Below are positions 60,376-64,000 of a DNA stretch of 64,000 nt, in pieces. Source of the DNA: Nannocystis bainbridge (GTDB taxonomy: Bacteria; Myxococcota_A; Polyangia; Nannocystales; Nannocystaceae); NCBI RefSeq assembly GCF_028368995.1, contig NZ_JAQNDL010000002.1:1216001-1280000 (forward strand). The letters are read 5' to 3'. The position numbers were made by a program, and so were the translations under genes. Under the pieces are notes generated by a model. It saw nothing but the letters and a program-made list of their open reading frames with translations, ran no database searches and was not told where the DNA came from. The first letter of the stretch is position 1. Every line of letters begins with the position of its first letter.

Positions 60376-62430
60376 ATGAAGCGAACGACCAACCAGGGCA
60401 GGGCCAGTGGAACGAAGGCCGCCGCGCGGTCGCAGGGCGCCCGAAATCAGGGCAAGCCACAAAGCCGCCGAGACGCGGCAGGGGCCGAGCGACCCGCGGG
60501 CAAGGGCGGCGCGGGACGAGCTCGTCCCGCCGGAGCCGCAGGGCGCGGGCGTGCCGGGGGCGAGACCCGAGGCGGCGCAGGTCCAGCAGGGCGAGACAGG
60601 CCGGGGCGCCGGGGTGCCGAGGGCGCGGAGACCGACGGCGCGTCGGCTGGCCGCAAGGGCAGGTCCGATGCGCCAGGTCGTGGCGAGCATGTTCGAAAGG
60701 ACATGTCCCGTGGCACAGGCGCGCCGGGGCGCGGGCGCGGCGGCACGGCCGCGGGCGCCGACCGCGACGGCGGGACGCGGACCCGGGGCGGGCGTCCTGA
60801 GGAGACCGCGCAGCGGCGGGCTGTCCGCGGGGACAGGTCGGAGTCCGCGGGCCGGGCTGTCCGTGGGGACAGGTCGGAGTCCGCGGGCCGGGCTGTCCGT
60901 GGGGACAGGTCGGAGTCCGCAGGCAGGGCCGGCCGGGGGCAGTCCAAGGGGCAGGCCGTCCGTGGCAGCAGAGCGGAGCCCACGGGTCGCGCTGGCCGAA
61001 GGGACAGGACCGAGCCCACGGGGCGGGCTGGCCACAAGGAGTTTGCGGGGCGAGCTGCCCGCGGGAACAGGTCGGACTCGGCGGGTCGTCCTGGTCGTGG
61101 GGACAGGTCGAGCGCCGGCAGAGCCGCGCGCGAGGACCGGGACGACGCCGGGACGCATGAGGCTGTCCGTGGGGACAGGCCGGCGGCGCGCGGCGCGGCC
61201 CGCTCGGCCGGCCGCGAGTCGGCGGGTGACGGCGAGCGGGCAGTCCGCGGGCGCAAGCCTGAGGGTCGAGCCGCCGCGCGCGCAAACGGGGCGCCGCGCG
61301 GCGCCCTCCGCGGCCCGACCGGTCGGGCCGCGGCCCGCGGCGGTGCGGCTGCCCGTGGCGACGGGTCGCACGAGCGCACCGGCGCGGCCGGCGGTGCTTC
61401 CGGGAAGCCGAAGGCACCTGCCTCGAAGGCCAGCAAGGCTCGCGGCAAGGCGGCGGGCAGCGCGGCGCCACGCGGCCTGACGGACGCGGTGGGGCTGCGC
61501 CAGGCGGAGCGGACGGCGGCGGAGCGGACCGGGGCGAAGACCCGGGCGAAGAAGGGGATCGCGGCCGCGCCGGAGATCCTGCGGCCCCCGAAGTTGCGCC
61601 TGCAAAAGGCGCTGGCGGCGGCGGGCGTGACCTCGCGGCGCAAGGCCGAGGATCTGATCGAGGCCGGCGCGATCAAGGTCAACGGCAAGCGGGTCACCGA
61701 GCTGGGTTCGAAGGTCGATCCCGATCGCGACGTGATCGAGGTCCGAGGCTCGCGCATTCAGCTGGAGAAGAAGGTCTACTTCCTGCTGAACAAGCCCGAC
61801 GGGGTGGTGTGCTCGGCGGAGGGGCCGAAGGACAACGAGGGGCGGCCGACCGTGCTGTCGCTGTTCCCCGAGCTGCCGCAGCGGATCTACCCGGTCGGTC
61901 GCCTCGACTTTCACAGCCGCGGGGCGCTGATCCTGACCAATGACGGCGATCTCGCGGCGGCGTTGACCCACCCGCGGCACGAGATCCCGAAGACGTACCA
62001 CGTGAAGTTCCAGGGCAAGCTCACGGAGGACGAGCTCGGCACCCTGGCCAACGGGGTCACGCTCGAGGACGGGACGGTCACGCGCCCGGCGGCGGAGGTC
62101 AGCGTCATCAAGGACACCGCGACCAACAGCTGGGTGCAGATCACCCTGCAGCAGGGCCTCAATCGCCAGCTGCGCCGCATGGGCGAGGCTATCGGCAGGC
62201 CGGTGCTGAAGCTGATCCGCGTCGCTATCGGCGGCCTCACGGCGGACGGACTGGCAGATGGTGAGTTTCGTCCGCTGACCCCGACCGAGGTCTACGACCT
62301 CATGGCGGCCGCTTCGCCGGCTGCGGCGCCCGCCGCCAAGGCCCGGGCCCAGGGCGGCGCCGGGGATTCACCCGCGAGCACGGGCGGCCGGGCGCGTTCC
62401 CGGCTTGCGCCGGGGAAGCGGGCGGGGTAG
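60376..62430 (+). CDS. rluB: 23S rRNA pseudouridine synthase (RluB/RsuA family) with about 400-aa Arg/Gly/Ala-rich N-terminus
   Basis: RLQKALAAAGVTSRRKAE (S4 domain), LNKPDG, YPVGRLD and GLNRQLRRM motifs; follows scpB. Confidence 0.92.
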   Translation: MKRTTNQGRASGTKAAARSQGARNQGKPQSRRDAAGAERPAGKGGAGRARPAGAAGRGRAGGETRGGAGPAGRDRPGRRGAEGAETDGASAGRKGRSDAPGRGEHVRKDMSRGTGAPGRGRGGTAAGADRDGGTRTRGGRPEETAQRRAVRGDRSESAGRAVRGDRSESAGRAVRGDRSESAGRAGRGQSKGQAVRGSRAEPTGRAGRRDRTEPTGRAGHKEFAGRAARGNRSDSAGRPGRGDRSSAGRAAREDRDDAGTHEAVRGDRPAARGAARSAGRESAGDGERAVRGRKPEGRAAARANGAPRGALRGPTGRAAARGGAAARGDGSHERTGAAGGASGKPKAPASKASKARGKAAGSAAPRGLTDAVGLRQAERTAAERTGAKTRAKKGIAAAPEILRPPKLRLQKALAAAGVTSRRKAEDLIEAGAIKVNGKRVTELGSKVDPDRDVIEVRGSRIQLEKKVYFLLNKPDGVVCSAEGPKDNEGRPTVLSLFPELPQRIYPVGRLDFHSRGALILTNDGDLAAALTHPRHEIPKTYHVKFQGKLTEDELGTLANGVTLEDGTVTRPAAEVSVIKDTATNSWVQITLQQGLNRQLRRMGEAIGRPVLKLIRVAIGGLTADGLADGEFRPLTPTEVYDLMAAASPAAAPAAKARAQGGAGDSPASTGGRARSRLAPGKRAG
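60817..60925 (+). repeat. 36-bp tandem repeat x3, each containing a perfect TGTCC-N4-GGACA
   Basis: Motifs at 60822, 60858, 60894; encodes (AGRAVRGDRSES)n. Confidence 0.9.
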
Positions 62431-62495
62431 TGTCCGCGCCCGCTCGTCGTTCAGGACCCGCAGGGTCGTGAAGACAATTTCCGCCAGGACTTCGT

Positions 62496-62801
62496 ATGGC
62501 CAAGAACTCTCAAGTTTTGCGCGACAAGAAGCGCGACAAGCTGATCAGCAAGTACGCCGCCCGCCGCAGCGACCTGCGCGACAAGCTCAAGGACCCGAAC
62601 ATCGACATCGAGGACAAGCTCACGATTTCGGCTCAGCTCACCAAGCTGCCGCTGAACTCGTGCCCGACCCGCAAGACCCGACGCTGCATGCTGACGGGCC
62701 GCTCCAAGGCGGTCTATCGCAAGTTCGGCCTGTGCCGGAACATGCTCCGTGAGCTCGCCCTCAAGGGCGAACTGCCGGGCGTGACCAAGTCGAGCTGGTG
62801 A
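62496..62801 (+). CDS. rpsN: 30S ribosomal protein S14, long 101-aa form
   Basis: [14 protein letters not shown] and RCMLTGR....[24 protein letters not shown] motifs. Confidence 0.96.
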   Translation: MAKNSQVLRDKKRDKLISKYAARRSDLRDKLKDPNIDIEDKLTISAQLTKLPLNSCPTRKTRRCMLTGRSKAVYRKFGLCRNMLRELALKGELPGVTKSSW

Positions 62802-62826
62802 ACTTCTCGCCCGCCGCAGGAGAGTC

Positions 62827-63186
62827 ATGAAGTCCGGAATCCATCCCAGCTACCGCAAGGTCCTGTTCGTCGACGCCTCCTCGGGTGACGAGTGGGTGTC
62901 CTACTCGACGATGACCGGCGGCGACTCGCGCGCCCACAAGGGCGAGGATCTCCCCGTCGTTCGCGTCGACATCTCGTCGTTCAGCCATCCGTTCTGGACT
63001 GGCCAATCGCGCGAGGTCGACACCGAGGGCCGCATGGACCGCTTCCGTCGCCGCTACAACGTCAAGGGCGGCCCCTCGGCGGCTGCCGCGGCCAAGCCGG
63101 CCGCTGCAGCCCCCGCTCCGGCGCCCCTGAAGGCCGAGCCGGTCGTCGCCGCCGCCAAGCCGGCCGCGAAGGCGAAGAAGAAGTAA
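62827..63186 (+). CDS. rpmE2: 50S ribosomal protein L31 type B with Ala/Lys/Pro tail
   Basis: MKSGIHPSYRKVLF.D and VDISSFSHPFWTG...DTEGRMDRFRRRY motifs; no CxxC. Confidence 0.93.
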   Translation: MKSGIHPSYRKVLFVDASSGDEWVSYSTMTGGDSRAHKGEDLPVVRVDISSFSHPFWTGQSREVDTEGRMDRFRRRYNVKGGPSAAAAAKPAAAAPAPAPLKAEPVVAAAKPAAKAKKK

Positions 63187-63225
63187 CTCCGTCGGACCTG
63201 CCCGGTCCGGCGACGTTCGAGCTTC

Positions 63226-63266
63226 ACGCGCGTCATGACCTCCGGGTCGTGATGCGCGTTCGCTTT
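63226..63266 (+). terminator. Hairpin, probable terminator after rpmE2
   Basis: 15-bp stem ACGCGCGTCATGACC / GGTCGTGATGCGCGT with G-U pairs on the + strand, TCCG loop and a weak U-tract. Confidence 0.55.
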
Positions 63267-63296
63267 GGGTCGCTGCCAGGTCGTGGCCGCCGGTGC

Positions 63297-63416
63297 GCCG
63301 AGACCGTGCGGGGTTGACCGCGAGCCGAGGCTCGCGGCTCCATCGCCCGTCTCAAGGCCGAGACCGTGCCGGCTTTGACCGCGAGCCGAGGCTCGCAGGC
63401 TCATCGCCTGTCTCGA
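63297..63416. repeat. 60-bp tandem duplication with internal hairpin (REP-like)
   Basis: gccgagaccgtgc...ttgaccGCGAGCCgaGGCTCGC...catcgcc.gtctc at 63297 and 63357, between convergent genes. Confidence 0.75.
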
Positions 63417-63486
63417 AGACCAGGCGATCGTCGGCGCGGCGGCGAGGGCACGGGCCTGTCCCGAAGGGCAGGTCCCGGGTTCACGC

Positions 63487-63999
63487 TCAGACGCGCAGGA
63501 CCTGGGCGGCCCAGGTGAAGCCGGTGCCGAACGCGGTCATCGCCACCAGGTCGCCGTCCTTCACGCGACCGGCGGTGCGAGCCTCGTCGAGCGCGACGGG
63601 GATCGTCGCGGCCGACATGTTGCCGTAGCGATCGACGATCGAGACCATCTTCGCCGGGGCGATCGCGGTGCGGGCCCGCGTGGCCTCCATGATGCGCGTG
63701 TTGGCCTGGTGCGGGATGAGCAGCGAGACCTCCTCGGGGGTCACGCCGGCGCGCTTCAGGGCCTCGATGGCGCCCTCGCTCATGGCGGTGACGGCGTGCT
63801 TGAACACGGTGTTGCCCTCCATGTGCACCGTGTGGGCCCGGGCCGCGACGCTCTCGGCGCTGGCGGGCTGACGCGAGCCACCGGCGGGCTGGTAGAGCAC
63901 GCGAGCGAGGGTGCCGTCGGCGCCCCAGGCCGAGCCGAGCAGGCCGCGATCTTCGTCGCAGGCCGTGAGGATGGCCGCGCCGGCGCCGTCGCCGAACAA
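63487..63999 (-). CDS. fabH: 3-oxoacyl-ACP synthase III, C-terminal part (5' end outside the window)
   Basis: FGDGAGA, MEGNTVFKHAV, PHQANTRI, YGNMSAATIP and AFGTGFTW motifs. Confidence 0.95.
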   Translation of the reverse strand: MFGDGAGAAILTACDEDRGLLGSAWGADGTLARVLYQPAGGSRQPASAESVAARAHTVHMEGNTVFKHAVTAMSEGAIEALKRAGVTPEEVSLLIPHQANTRIMEATRARTAIAPAKMVSIVDRYGNMSAATIPVALDEARTAGRVKDGDLVAMTAFGTGFTWAAQVLRV

Positions 64000-64000
64000 C

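Overview
High-GC window (about 72% by eye) from a myxobacterium. The Thr/Gly-rich lipoproteins, giant TPR protein, kinase-like protein and gene order suggest Nannocystis or a close relative; this taxonomy is inferred. It carries housekeeping genes (cyclophilin, hflX, thrC, cmk, rpsA, ribH, nusB, xerD, scpA, scpB, rluB, rpsN, rpmE2, fabH), an imuA-imuB-dnaE2 cassette with a LexA-like box, an MCP-less chemosensory cluster with a HEAT-repeat protein, and a probable 6S RNA. Two things stand out. (1) A pervasive 14-bp DNA element, consensus TGTCC-N4-GGACA (read in tandem as GACA[T/G]G-N8), with at least 32 perfect copies counted by hand. It forms strictly 14-bp-phased arrays both between and inside genes. 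The largest has 21 units with all-different 8-nt spacers and no indels (21900-22193). (2) A compact His-Xaa-Ser repeat precursor / radical SAM / unknown-protein operon (24123-26315), a candidate RiPP or metal-binding peptide system. ScpA and ScpB also carry very large acidic extensions and RluB a very large basic one, partly built from the 14-bp motif. All family assignments come from motif recognition by eye; no database searches were run.
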